Assembly: GCA_030704615.1 (NCBI GenBank)
Contig: CM060731.1
Span: 1,798,001 to 1,862,000, forward strand
Source: Takakia lepidozioides
Taxonomy: Eukaryota; Plantae; Bryophyta
Reading direction: 5' to 3'
DNA: 64,000 nt
The notes beneath the pieces were generated by a model. That model worked only from the letters and a program-made list of their open reading frames with translations, did no database searches and was not told the origin of the DNA. The position numbers were made by a program, and so were the translations under genes. Each line of letters opens with the position of its first letter. The stretch's first letter is position 1. Positions 37,636 to 51,551 of this stretch are shown here, piece after piece.

Positions 37636-39050
37636 CTAGTAAGGCCTCTGCCCCACCCAGTTACCAGGGGGTAGTAGTTGCAGGTCATGAAGATGCTGCC
37701 GTCACTGCACACTTTGTCTCGCACATCCCTCCCTGGTAGTTCTGCGCCAGACGATTTGAGTGTAATGCCCACAGGCTCTGTAGTAGAAGCAAGAATTGGA
37801 GTTAAGTCAGGAGCAGATCACTGAAGTACTACACCAAGTTGTTTTAGGGTGAAGTCACCAACAAGCGAAGTCTCTGCAATGTATCCTGAAGGTCTTAAAT
37901 TGAACAACACAGGTTAGCAAGAGGAGCATCGCACTACATGTCCATCGAGTCAAACTCAGATCCGAAGTGAAAGGAATCACCGGTTGGGGCTCCAAGCGAA
38001 AACATGTGAAATGAAACTTTCATGCTGTGAAATGTTGGGACAAAATGGGTCAGGGAGCAGCAGAATGATGGAGTTCACAAATGTGAGTACCCTTGCCACA
38101 AAAATTGTAGATGTGTTTTGTGATATGGAAGAATCAATCCTGGCAGATATCATTTGTTCAACAGAGAATCAAACAGGCATCAATGAAGAGTGCCCACCTC
38201 GATTACAAGCTCCTGTGCAAATCCCAAGGTCATCTACGGGTGTGCATTTAGAACAAGACACAAATCAAGAGGACATTGAGTATCAGCCATCAAGAGTGCG
38301 ACTACCCTGCGGCCTACGGATTTGATTGTGACACAGCCAAACCACTAGAGGAACTGGCAGATATGGTGTTGATTGATGAATTGACTATATCACAGTGGAG
38401 AAGCAGTCCTCAGGCCAAGGAGTCAAGGCACCATAGTGAACACCAAACGAAAAGATTTGACAAAGAAGGCAGGGTTGAGGAAAAGGTCTTTTTGCATGAT
38501 CCAACCATAAAGGGGAGTATGTCCTATGAAGAATCTAAGCAAGGACAAGGAAGCCAGGATGGCAACAGGGAGCTGGAAAATCAAATAGGGAAAGATGTTT
38601 CATGTGAGCCAAAGCTTGTGAACCCTGCTGGCTGCACAAGAGTTGATGATCATTATTCCAAGGAAGGGGACAAATGGGCAGCAATTACAGATCTGTACCC
38701 TCCCACCAAGCTACCTGAGGGTAGTACCAAGCAACAGAGACATGCCAGAGGGATTCTCAGATTGCAAGAGCCATTTGGAAGGAGAATTGGATCAATGTAA
38801 TGAGCACCTGGAATAGTCGTACCATTTCCCCTCATTCACCCATTCATTCGCGGCGTCCGAAGGCTGCCAACTCTTGTCTGATCCCCAGAAAATGTTTTCT
38901 CCGTATGGCCCTCCCGAGTGCTGGAGTTGGCAATCGCCATACTCTCGTCTTTCAACGGCCCACCAGTGTGCGTAATCTGCGAGACAGTCGTCCCACTGTG
39001 GGGGCCGGATGCCAATCCGAGCTCGGGCCGCGTTCTGGGGACGTAGAGAC
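37636..39050 (-). pseudogene. PR1: PR-1/CAP-domain protein pseudogene split by an insertion of about 1 kb
   Basis: 39050-38800 reads PQNAARARIG...CQLQHSGGPYGENIFWG...WVNEGKWYDY. 37773-37636 reads [12 protein letters not shown]...FMTCNYYP..GNWVGQRPY*, with frameshifts. Confidence 0.85.
37774..38800 (+). mobile_element. Unclassified insertion with degenerate coding potential (probable retrotransposon debris)
   Basis: Interrupts the PR-1 reading frame. Two overlapping acidic ORFs (37984-38325, 38276-38800) have no motif I recognise. Confidence 0.4.
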
Positions 39051-39053
39051 ACT

Positions 39054-39293
39054 TAGGGCTACAGCCCACGGGTGGAACCGGAACCGGAACCGGAACCCTA
39101 AACCCCAAACCCGGTTCCCACACATGTGGTCGTAGCTGGAACCGCCAGTTCCGGTTCCCATACAATCCCCAATTTCCGGTTCCGGTTCCGGTTCCGGTTC
39201 TGCACAGGCGGGTCCGGTTCCGGTCCGGTTCCACATAACCGGAACCGGAACCGGCGGTTACCCGGGGCCCAGGCGGGTAACCGCCCAACACTG
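39054..39293. mobile_element. hAT-type MITE remnant with inverted (GGAACC)n/(GGTTCC)n subterminal arrays
   Basis: The right end reads CAGTGTTGGGCGG on minus, similar to the TIR at 12351. The left end is TAGGGCT. No TSD. It replaces the PR-1 5' end. Confidence 0.6.
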
Positions 39294-39399
39294 GTAAAAA
39301 CCTGGAAGTTAACCAAAAATCCAAAGAAGCCATAGAGGCTTGGGGAGGGTCGGATGGACGACCATTACTATCGGTCAGTCCTCCCTACCGTGTTATGAT

Positions 39400-40760
39400 G
39401 TTAAAGAATGAATGCAAGAACAGCCGTATGTATGCAGGAGAGGGACTCCCTAACGCAATTGCCAGCCTACCCCTAGCTGAGAGTGGAGGTGCAGGTGTCG
39501 ATGAAGGATCACTGCCCTAGAGGGGCCTCCAGTTTACATTGCGATCAAAATCTGGGGAGTCAGGGCAGAAGCGTGCAACAATTTTCCCAACATTGGGGGA
39601 CTGAACTCCAAGAGCATATGTTTGGCGAAGGGCTTGAGCAAAGGATTCCCTGTTTAGCCCAGGATTCCTTGAAGGCGTCGTGGAGCCGATGTTGAACCTC
39701 TGGATGCTTGCTAAAGTCTGCAGTCAATTTTAATCCATGCTTTTTTAGCTTCAGTTTTAGTGTAAAAAAAGACCAAAACGAGCAACATAGAGACTGCATT
39801 TGGAGCTGCCTAAGGTCCAGACGCATCTAGTTTTCCAAATGTGCCAGAGTCTAGCAGCCCTGATTATGTCGGCCACTTGGCATGAAGAGGCAACATGCTT
39901 GGTGATAGGATCGTAGTTGAGGAGCAAGGCAGTAGGGGTGAGTGGGGTGGGTTGCCAAGTTTGAAGCACCAAATTTAGCCTACGGCAACACTTTTGATGG
40001 GATGTTACAGTGAAGCAGGCAGTGTTCAAGCAATTCAGCCTCCCCCAGCGAACAACATTTCCAGATCAGAGCCTTGGAGAGTTGGAGCCAACAACCCACT
40101 TTGGATTTTGTTGGCCACCCGCCATAGGAAAACGTTGATTTTCGCAGGGCTAGTTTTCATCTAGATTCCTCTCCAGATAATCTTCCAACATTCGCCTTGG
40201 AAACCATACGCTCCCCGTTTTGTATCCCATTTGGAGACTAGAAAGGAAGAGGTGTTAAGGCATTTATAGGTTTTCTTTGCAGTGTATTGGAAGAGAGAGG
40301 GAGAGCCATCAAATGCCCATGACCATTCTTTTGGATCCATTTGCAGAGCCATGAGAGGCTTGCCTCCAATCCAAAGGAATGTGTTTCTTTGCAGCCAAGT
40401 TATGATTTCTGGTCTTGGGGGCTTCTTAGGATTCATAGCTTTTGTGGGGGTCGACCACTGGCAGATTCTAACAGGGGAGAATCCCGCGCCCCCCCCCCCC
40501 CGGACAATAACCAGGTGCGCTTGAGGCACCTATCATTTGCGTTTGTGGGCAGAAATCCATGGCATGGCCAATGAGTTTGTTATTGTCACTTTCCAGAATG
40601 TAAATAACCTGCAGAGGCAATGTCGCGCATGTTACCCAAGTCTGAGGGAGAGGCGGGAGTGGGACAGACTTTAAAATTTTGGAGTACCTTGCATTACCTC
40701 TTGTGGTTCCCACAATCTGGTTGATATGCCCTTGGCTCTTAAAGTCGGTGCCTGACTGTG
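39400..40760 (-). mobile_element. L1-type LINE 3' remnant related to the element at 17.5-20.9 kb
   Basis: Fragments FQYTAKKTYKCL...ECWKIIW and a CCRRL...IIRAARLWHIWKTRC region resembling the zf-RVT/C-terminal part of ORF2. Confidence 0.65.
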
Positions 40761-42661
40761 CTCTCGGGGGATGGATGTTTGGTAAGGATGTTTTCAATAT
40801 GAATTTGTTTGATTTTATTGAAAGTTGATTATAATATATTAATAGATCTACATTTTTAGCTATCCTAAATATATTTAACATTTCATTGGCTACTATCATA
40901 TTTATATGTATTATCGGAAAAATATTAGTAAATTGAAACATGCTTTCCACGAAATCAACGGAGTATTTGAAAGTGCTATAAATTTTACATTGAATATGTG
41001 AAAGAAACAAAAGAAAGAAAGATTGAAAGAGTTAAATATTAGAGTAGATCTGGAAATCTTTATTCAGTTTTTTTTTTCTCTGGCAATCTGGGCAGCTGCA
41101 AGAATCTACGTTGATGATGTGGCCTCCGGCTGGAGATGATGACGTGGTGGAGATGATATATTTTCTTTTGACTATTTATTAAAGTTTTTTGGGGTAATCT
41201 GGGCAGATAATGATGCTGACGGCAATGATGATGACGTGGAGACAGTGACGTGGCATTTTGGCAGCCTATTCCTGCTCTAGACTAATGCTACTCTCCGACC
41301 TTCTGTCCTTACTAGAATTACACAAGACATAGGTCACACTACCGCCGGGTGTTACCATCAGGGTTACACCTCCTCTGCCATCACCTTACCCATAGTCTAG
41401 CCTTCACTGCTTCTCGACAAGCTCTAGCATTCTAAATATTTAAAAGTGATTTTGGGTAAGAGGGTGTGGGGAGGATTTGACAGGGGGCCCCGCCGGAGGG
41501 GCTGACGCTGCCTGTATCTAACGGAAGTAACGTCAGATTGCAGTCGTGCATCAAGTTCTTACTTTCTTACATTATTCCTCTTCGAGACGGTTGTCCACCA
41601 CATCATACAGAGATACTCGGAAATGGAAGGAGGGGAGGGGGTGTCAAATCCCCACCCCCTTGCTGCTCCGCCCGCGCGGGTACTGTAAACAGGGACTGGG
41701 GACTGGGAACAGGGAGTCGGACTGGGATCGTGAACGTGGGGAGCGCAGCATGCGGGAGGGCCGAGCGGGCCCCAGTCCTGGCGCCGCCATAATAGTAGTC
41801 TTGAAAACCAAGACGAAAACATCAGAGAACTCCCCCTCGCTATGCACAGTAAGAAGCTAGATAAAATAAGAAGTGGAAACAGCTGTGACCAGTGAAGCGC
41901 CTACGTGAACAAGCTGCTCTCCGCAAACATGGTGCTGAATCCTCGGGAATGCTGTAAGTAGATGAGCCGTGCTCAGATGTACAGATAGAATGACAGAGAA
42001 ATAAGGCTGTGCAAGAAGCAAACGGAGATCCACATCTAGACTACAGAAGAGCCCCAGCGCTTGCAGAGGGATTTGAGCTCCGGCAAAGAATTATGGAGAT
42101 CCCTGCAAGGTGAGCATTATATCGAGGGAATACCATGGCGTTGAGAGAAGGGAGGCGAGCCGGTCGCTAAGCTTATAGCCTCCCTTCTGTATAGGCTTCT
42201 CCCACAGCATATAAAAGGAAAGTGGCTCGCCCGTGGCTCGACTGGACAGAAGAATAGTAAAGGGAAGGGCTAACTTATCCGGCTCGAGAAGAGGAGAGTT
42301 CAACCGGGATCCCCGAATGGCATATCGGACGGTCACAAGCTGGCCGATGCTGGACTAACTTAACCATGATACGAAGATATACGAGTCGACGGTTGCAACG
42401 TTGCAACGTATGACCATGGGAGCATGTATGCATGGATGCATAGCCATGGATGCCTCCGACCTGATGCTGTCGAGAGAAACAAGTTGTTGGCTGTAGCGAA
42501 AGAGAGTAAGAGAGAGAGAGATGGGGAGATTCCCTCGTGAAAATTGGATAGAGCGGAGTGGAAGATTGCAGAGGTCGAAGGGATTTCGTGTCTGAGTTTG
42601 AGTTCATAGCCGGAGTGGGACCAAGATTGTGAGATCGATAGATCGTGACAGAGGGAGAGAG

Positions 42662-45600
42662 ATGAGTGCGGCAGTGGCCAATGTGGCCGATACGCGAGCT
42701 ATATTGAACATGTTAGGGCCGCGGCCCGACCATGAGGCTGTGGATGAAGCGCGCCGGGCTCTTGTGCGCATTGATGATCGTGTCACGGAGGAATTGGACG
42801 AATTAATTATGGCTTCGGCTCCTGCTGGCGAGAATATTGCTCACTGGAGGGCTGCGCAGGTTTGTGCCCTACGAGACACCTTCTCCCCGTGTTTTTTCAA
42901 TAGTTTTCATTCATGGCCGCTTTGTTTTCCTTGGTTTCACCGTGCAGAGCTTTTCTTCCGTATTGGCTGCACTTTTCATCTCCTTGCTGCATGATTCTGG
43001 ACTTGGGGAGCTAATTGGACCTATGAGTGGGACATAGGTTTTGCATCAAATCTCTACGTCAGGCTTGCCACCTGACCGTGTTCTGTACATCCTTTTTTGT
43101 GTGTCGATGGTTAAGCCTCACGGTGGTAGGACCCTTGAGATCGTATATTTGTCCTGGCCGGCTGCTGTTCTGGTTTGTGAAGTATTTGCTGTATGTGCAG
43201 AAGGCCCCTGGTAATTAGCAGATGGTGTAGAATTAGAGGAGGTTTGGTAAAACATCATAGATGAACGAGCAACGAGTACTGGAAATAGCTCCACATCTTC
43301 ATTCATGGACTAAGTTTGTATGTTCTGAGTTCATACTGTAGAAATTGGAGACATAGAAGAGAGATAGGGAAATTCTCAATTATCACATTCTACTCCCTGT
43401 CTCAATGTTTTCCATCGCCATCGCCATGTCCTGGCTATATTTGGTGGCAGTCTAGGCATTCAACTAGAATTAGGTGGAGTAGGCTTGGACATGGCTGTAC
43501 CTTATGATGGTATCAAGCCTCACGCAAAGCAGGATGGTGTTTGCAATTTGGATTGAGTGCCTTCACCTGGATGGTTTGAAGTTGCTTGCAGGATCTGCCT
43601 TTGGTGTTAGGTGCCTTTTAGGGCATTTTCAGTGGGATGCTGAAATATGCATGATCGTCTCTGCTTCATTCTGCTGCCTGCTGTGGTTGGGCTCTAGCTC
43701 ACTCCTGCTTCGCTTCTTCATGCTAGACAGTAATAACTATGGTGAAGGACCACCTTTGACATTTTTCCTGTGTAATATATAAAGCCAAACCTACCTACAC
43801 ATGTTCTTGCAATTCAGGCGGAGAAGGAGAAAGAGCTCAAGGAAGTGGCAGAGAAGGAGAAGGTACCTTACAAATCAGTGATCCAGCTAGATGACCTCCA
43901 CCTATCGTATGAGGAGATGGTGAAGCAGGCGGAGCTTGCCCTGGATGAAAATTTTGATCCATCAGCAGTTGTCACTCAATCTGACGATGAGGTCGACTTG
44001 GAAGTTGCAAAGAGAATCCAAGATGCTTATGAGAAAAAGTTGGATCATTTGGACCTGAGTGGGCGGAATTTGATGCATCTGCCAGAGTCGTTTGGCAAAA
44101 TCTCGTCACTTGTTTCCGTGACCCTCTCAAACAATCGCCTGGAGGTAAGCTTCGTGATATGAACAACAAGTGTATTCTAGTAAGATTTTTGGACATTCAA
44201 GTCTTTCTTTCAGTGGGAGATTCCTGCGAGGCCAAGCATGCACTCATCATTTTCTCTTACGACTATGTAAAATTCCCTCAAGCACTCAGGGGTAAGCACA
44301 AACGGATCACTTTTATCTGCACCGTGGTCGTCAAGCATTTGAGCATATGCCAGGATTAAGTGTTGTGTTATGCAATGTACATTGTAGTAGTGTAATTGTG
44401 TGTCGAAGTCTCTCCAGATTCTTTGGATCACTCATTGAAACCTTCTAAACCTGGAACACTTCAGTTCTCATGATTGGTCAGTGACATCACTTCATTGCTA
44501 GGTCTTGATGCCTGTGTGCTGCTGCTTTGACAGATTATACCAGATTCCATAGCTGGCCTGGTAAACTTGGAGCGGCTTGATGTGCAATCTAACCAACTGA
44601 AGGCATTACCAGACTCCCTTGGCTTGCTGTCAAATCTGAAATTCCTTGATTTGTCGGGAAACATGGTGGTGGCTTTGCCAGATACCATTGGACGCTGCAG
44701 GTACTATTTCAATGTCAAATGTTGTGGAGCACTGTTTCTATTGTGCATGATGCTTGTAGGTGCTTTGTTCCTATTTTACCATGCTTCGCAAATTCCCATG
44801 CCGAAGTGCAGGCAAAGTTGACAGGGTTTCTGGATTGCACAGCAATCACTATATTATTGTCCATTTCTCGCTCCAAAGAAATCACTAAGTGCATAAGAAG
44901 CTTGACTTATTGACAATAGTATCTGAGCCCTGCTGAGAAAAGACAATGTAATGCTGCCAGCTGCAAGTGCTCCTTTACATTGGAGCTATACTTCTATACC
45001 AGGTTTCCGTTGATTAAATTTAAATTAGGTCTTAAAGAAGGTGATTAGGAGAAGCCAGGAATCAAAGCTGAGGAGGGTGGCATGTGTGCAGAAATCTGGT
45101 GGTACTGATTGCAAATTTCAACCAGCTGGAGTACTGGCCATCCTTTGAAGTATTCAATCTGCAGAAGTTGTGTCTACACCTCAACAAACTCACGGGGCTA
45201 CCCTCGTCGATTGGAGAGATGAGGTCCTTGAGAGTTCTGGATGTCCACTTTAACAGGCTTCGGAGCTTGCCAGTGACCATAGGCAATTTGTCCAACCTTG
45301 AGGTGCTTGATGTCAGCAGCAACTTCAACAATCTGGTCACTGTGCCTGACAGTATTGGAGATCTGGCATCTCTCACTGATTTGGATCTGAGCTTCAATCA
45401 GATCCGTGAGCTACCTATCTCGTTTGGAAGGCTTACAAATCTGAAGAGGTTGAAACTGGACGAGAACCCCCTTGTGGTGCCCCCAATGGAGGTAGTTCAG
45501 CATAGCCATGAGGCTGTTATGGCGTACCTCGCTGATCGCTGGAAGAGTAGTTTGATGACAGATGAAGAGAAGAGCTTGGCAGGCAGCGGGCGGAAGCTTG

Positions 45601-45770
45601 ACAGTGAGAATGGAGGGGAATGGGTCTCTTGGGCAGGGGGTGTGTGGGCTAGCAACTGGTTGGGGCGCATGTGCACTAGAGGGCTCACTCAATTTCTGGG
45701 AGGGAACACAGCGAAGGTCATGGGGTGGCAGGAGCACCGATCTGACGACGAGCCAGGATGCCAATTGTAA
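42662..45770 (+). CDS. PIRL: Plant intracellular Ras-group-related LRR protein (PIRL1/9-like)
   Basis: Exons 42662-42859 ([14 protein letters not shown]), 43818-44144 ([19 protein letters not shown]), 44534-44700 and 45092-45770 (LRRs, [14 protein letters not shown]) join in phase. Confidence 0.92.
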
Positions 45771-46643
45771 ACTAAGTGGGCATGTTATGGAGTCTCCTGT
45801 TCAACTGTTGTATAAGTGGGAGGACAAGAAAAAGGGAGTATTATGAATTTATGATCCAGCACGTACAAGTCACAGAGAAATGCATCCGCGGGGCTGTACA
45901 TATTACCTTCTTGACACAGTCAAATATGCATTCATGAGACTATTTTGGTGGGAGTGTGCCATACAGAGAGCCAGAGAGACTTTTACAGATGGAGTAGAAT
46001 GTCGCAGTAACCTGCATGCAATTTGGGTAGTCAGCATCCCTTCTGAATTGAAGCTCTCCTTCTCTAATGTGTGTATTTCAAGAGTCTTGAAATGCAACTG
46101 AAGTAAGTCTGTATTAGTGTAAGGGCAAGTGTTATTCTTCAGCTGTTGTTATGTTATTCTTCAGCCGTCTAGAGTTACCTTGTACAAAACAGTCAGGCAT
46201 GGTGTCCATTGGTGTATTGCTTGATCCCACCTACTAGCATTCCCAAAAAAATAAATGCCAACTTTGGTGCACAAGAACAGATGCAAAGTGCCCCCATGCA
46301 CATTTCATTGGAAGATTCAATAAGAAGTGTGGAGAGGTACAAGAAAACTCAAGAGGACACTGATGAATCCGAGCAACTGCGGTATCAAAACATTGTGCTT
46401 AATAAGCTCACATATTTCTTCTGGGTGTAGCACTGTGAGAAGTTGGCTCTGGTGCAGTCTATACATTAGATCCCCAGGTTCCCTGCTTCACACACAACAA
46501 CCCAGACCTGTTAGCACTAAATTAGCCAAGCTGTGGACACAGACAAAGACATTTGCACATTAAACAAAGATCTCTCTGCTGAAAGAGGGACATCAAAGTT
46601 GTCCTCTCCACCTAGATTGAAGGATGATAAAGATTCTCGAGAG

Positions 46644-49600
46644 TCATATAACCCTTGCCTGCTTGCGCTTGCGCTTGCCAGGCGACATTTGCACCCCTTC
46701 CCCATGATCATCCATCTCCTGTTTGACACCATCACTAAGCAGAGTATTGCCAAAGCCTTCCATTCGTGAGTGTGATATTTTGGGAGTCCCTGTGTCTCTT
46801 GCCATAAAACCCCTGCCATTCAATGCATTCTCTGAGTGTTCAACGACTGATCAAGATGCAATATATCCTTGTCTGATTACGTTATCTAGCGGCTATTTGA
46901 GAGAGATAAGAAAGGGTCTCTGGGACCCAAAGAAAGTGGAACTACAAGAGAGGGGCACATGGAGGTATCTAGTGTTCCCAATTGAAGTGCCCGCCCTAAA
47001 AGTTTTTCAGGCTTGCCAAGATGTAGGGATGCATTGGCCCATCCTTACGTTGCCTGCTCTAAGGTCTTCTTAGAGCCTTAAAAGATAGAGAAGGAGAGAC
47101 AAGAGAGCCTTACTGGTGTTGAGATGGGATTTGTAGAGATGAGAGTTGCTGTTTGAAGTGTTGCAAGACGTGGGGCTGATGAGACTGTGGTAATCCCATC
47201 AAGGTTGACGGTGGAGGGTGCCATGGGGCATGTGATTGGCCCAAAGGTTGGCCAACCAATTGGACTAGTCCAGCTGGTTTCATTTCAGACATTCCACTGA
47301 AAAGGTCTGCCCCGATTTCTCCAACAGATTTTGTGTCACTAGCCACCCGCTCTAATCTATCACCCTTCTTGGAGGCTCCAAGACTGGAGGGCTGCCGCCG
47401 CCTGACAGCCTTATCTGTCCCTGGCTGCAGTTGCTGCACTGCACCCTGCTGATGAGGTGGCAGTGAGACTGGATGCGGGGATAGCTGCCGCTGAGCTGGC
47501 TGAGCTTGTGCCTGCACCACCCTATGTTCTTCAATCCCACAGACCAAGCATTGATTTCATCTCCATGTGAGAGGTGAATTTTGCAGTCCCTGACAGGGAG
47601 GGAACCATTATGGAAACAAAAGGGAAAGGCTGGCTCCAATCGGCGTAATTAGAAGGTAACTACAGGGCTTCATCCCCAGCTGATCTCAGGATAAAGGTGA
47701 CTTGCAGAATAGGAGGGATAATCCTAATTTGTCCCTCCCAGGAAATGCCTGACAACAACATGTTATTGAGACACCAATCACTGGAAGAGCAGTGACCTGC
47801 TGGGCCGCTGGCTGAGGAGTCTGTACTGGGGCAGGACGTCGTTTCTGAGACTGCTGCAAGGCCTTCAAATACCCCATCAGTTCGCCTAGATTGCTGCACA
47901 TGTACCACATCCAATCCACACCCATCAACCTTCAGGTCAAACTTGCTTTTTCTTTCTTAAAGCAACATTGGGCATGTTCCAACGTACTGTGGGGGCACGA
48001 AGGATTATGTAGACAAACTCTTTCCAGATCCTCCCTCTTTGAGAATCTTTGGTACAACTGTAACAAGCTAACATCTGTCTGGTTATCTCTAGTGTCTCCT
48101 CCTATTCCATTTCCCGGTTGATCAGATGCTCACAACACACAAAATGCAAACATCCACAACATGAGAAGCTTCTTTAACAGTAGAACCAAAGAAATTGCCT
48201 CTGAGTGGAAAGTAACAACATCTTATATGAAATGCTAACATGCGAGACTTAAGATAAAATGATCTTGAAAAACTAGTTACAGCTTACCTGCCACCAGCAC
48301 CATGAATGTACATGTTCAAGAGCTCTGTTTGGGAGCACTGCTTGCGGTAGCTGTCAACCACCAGCCGAAGGCCACGTCCTAACTTGTGTATATGGCAAGC
48401 TAACAAGTCAGACAAAATACTCAAAGGGACTTGCTTCAACCCCTCGAACCCAGCTGCCGCAACCAGTCTCACTACCGTCTGGTGCAACAGTTGCTGGGCA
48501 GCCTCCTCTGAAACTTCTGCTTTCCATGCAACCAGCCTTGCCCCTGTTCTGGCTGCCATCACTTCCTGTCTACTGAGCCCAGGGCTGAGAATTTCAGGTT
48601 TTACCCCGAGTCTGTCCATCCCACTCACACCCAAACTTGAAGACACGGTGCTAGGAGCCGAGGTTCTGAGATCTAGCCGATCCAGAAAACCTATGCAGAT
48701 ACTGTTTTCCTCATCCGAAGGTCTCCATTTGGCAGGCACTGGATTGTCTGGCACACAATTTCCAGCAAACAGGAATTCTGGTAACATAGATGCATCCTCA
48801 TTGGTTGTACAGTCGTGTGGGAGATGGGTTGCTAGATTTGAACCATGCAAATCCTTATGTGTAATCTCGACACTATGGCTGACTGAAACTGGAGAGCTAT
48901 CCCTGTCCAATGGTTTTCGGTCCGCATCTTTCGGAGAAACTAGCTGTCTTTTCTGACGGTTTGTTGAGAAAGTGAGATATGCTGCCATGCCATCAGGAGT
49001 ACGAAGGCATGCTTCTTGGTCCCCAAAGGGAAGTCTCTGTTGGGCAATACGGCGTGCCAGTCGGTGCATTCGGGTCATCAAACTTCTTTGTAGGCATTGG
49101 CTGTACCAGAGCTCACCTGTAGTTTGAATCTCACCACCACCAATGGAGCCAGCCTTCTCAGACCTCACCTGTGTCCTAACCCCTTGCTGGAAACACACAA
49201 GCTTTCTCGTTCAGTACGACTGCAAGCATTACATCCAGAATCCAAGAGTGCATTTCATTTCAGCATGCAGGAAGAAACTCCATTTCGGGAAGAAACGAAA
49301 GGTTTATTGAAAGCAAGTCACAAAGTTATACACTTCTACAGTATTCCACTTGACTAGAGAAAAGGGTGAGTTTATGGAGAGCTTGCCTCTTGCTACAACT
49401 TTCCTATGGAGGAAGAAGAAGAATTACACAGGGCAGCCAGTGTAACTTCTAGTGCATCCTGTAAAGAAACAGAAAAGGAAGTAGACCTTATTTGGACTGA
49501 TCAAAGTGTTAGAGATGTTCTGGCCCAATTGCAATGACTTCGACTGCCTGCTATTGGCCCCACCAAAGCCACCTTCTTCTCCGTTGTCGATGCCACTGCC

Positions 49601-51551
49601 ACAAGCCCCAAATCAGTCTGCTATTTACAAGAGTTTATTCCCTTGGTGACACCCATATATACATTATGCATTTATCCATCTAAGTGTTAGCAAATACACA
49701 AAAGTTGGCATTTACTCATTTAAGATTTCTCTGTAGTTTTAGTAGCACAACAAAAGTTGAGAACGTTCTTAGCAAGTAGAGGATGTTTAAGCTTGTATGT
49801 ATACATCGTCAACCAAAGGGAAAGCTATGAGAGAACCAAAAACATATGCAATATCTGTTGCAACCATACCTGGTTGAGCTGTCCATGGGTTCCAGTCCAT
49901 ACTGCAACACAATCCCCACCCAGCCACATTTTTCTTAAGTGGCTGGTCTGCTGAACACTTCATGACAAGTCTACCTACAAGAAGCCTGGCACCTAGTTTG
50001 ATGCTTCCATGAGTCAGGCAAGCTACTAACAAACAAAATTTCCCAATAAGCCATGGTAGGTAACAGTCATGACTAGGCTATACTTTGTAACCTTCAGAGA
50101 CCAGCCACTACAATATCAATGTATGTACCTATTTGACCCAGGTGCTACCACTGTCTTGTTCAGCTCTTCTTCACTGAGATATGCATCATTGCCACTTTGC
50201 CGGGCTCAAAATACATCTGCGTAAAATGTATTTGTAATCTGCATGTGTATGATAACGGGTCATGCTCCTTACTAGCTTCTGAAAATTTAAGAACTGTCCT
50301 TAGATACACTACACCTAGATGTCAACTTCCCAACTAGCCAACATTGTAAGGTGTTCCGACAGGATATGATAAAGATTATGTAGCTAAGGAGCTTGAAAAG
50401 AGCCACCTAAAAACCTTGAAGGCATGGGTCTATGCCTTTGACATTGTAAAAGACATGAACATGGGTAATGAAGCCACAGTCTGACCTAGTCTTTCATGCA
50501 GACTTGGCTTTCTCAAACCCATTGAACATGAAATTTCAACCAAATTACAGTGAACTGTCCAACCTTCAGCTGCAGGGCAGCAATGGCCGGTGACTTTTCA
50601 GCTTGAAGACGGCCCCAGTCATCAGCATCCTGCTCCAAAGAGAAGTAGACGCTGTCTGCATGCAATTGTAAATCTGCCCATACTCCCCAACGAAGGTCAT
50701 TCTTTTGTTTTTATTTTCATGCTGGTAATATTTACTGTTGGAGTTACTGTTGTAAACAGATTCAATGAGGCACGCTGCAACTAGGCCAGACTAAATAAGA
50801 ATTACAGTGCTGCCTTGTGCCAAGGCAAACATTTGGGCTGCAAGATGAGGTTCATTTTGAACGTAAGGGCAAACCGATATATGCACAATTCGATACCAAT
50901 GAACCCTTTGCAATCTGGAAAATTGCAGTTAACATCACAACTTTGAAGCTAAAAATCGAGTTGTAGCTACAATCTCTGCTGATGCAAGCACAATATAGTT
51001 CCAGTCAAATGCCTCATATAAGGCCACGACACTACTTTGATAATTGCAGAAGTTCAATGCAAAATGTCTTTAAGAAAAACAGGACTGCTCATCATTCTGG
51101 AATCCAATGCCAAAAACTGGATTCCTTCATAAATGCTTCAGTGTAGCAGGTCGACAATTTCTACTAAATCACCATCCAAACCTGCAGTAATAGAACTGGT
51201 ACTTCTAATTGAGCTGTTAATGGTGCGAACACTTGATGCATTGTATTTGTCTTCCGAGAAATCTTCAAACTTACACGATGAGTCGAGCAAATTAGGAACC
51301 GCAACTGTTGCTGATTCCGAAGACAAACAAATCGAAGCTTTGTCAAACAGCAGTGCGCGCACACGCAGTTGCAATGCAATAAGAGCCCTAGGGTTCGATG
51401 ATTGCATAAATGTTTTCCACGCCCAGGGCGATACGAGGTAAGGTTGGATTGTTGCGTAGTCGACCTCCCCTAGCCATGCTCTCCACGTTGCATTCTCTTC
51501 CAGTTTTCGAGCCAGCTCGTAGCCTCCACCATCGTCCCCTAACAGTCCCAT
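46644..51551 (-). CDS. Conserved plant nuclear protein with a bromodomain-associated/TAF8-like histone-fold region (At5g65540-like)
   Basis: Exon 1 (51551-51275) MGLLGDDGGGYELARKLE..WRAWLG..LQLRVRALLFDKAS. Exon 50673-50564 YLQLHADSVYFSLE. Large exon of about 49185-48288 (AGFEGLKQVPLSILSDLL..HIHKLGRGLRLVVDSYRKQCS). Last exon 46812-46644 ends SPGKRKRKQARVI (NLS-like). Some internal exon borders are approximate. Confidence 0.8.

Noticed and set aside
40760-42450. Possible Helitron/LTR remnants upstream of PIRL
   Set aside because: Repeat-like composition, but no termini, TSD or coding motif I can support.
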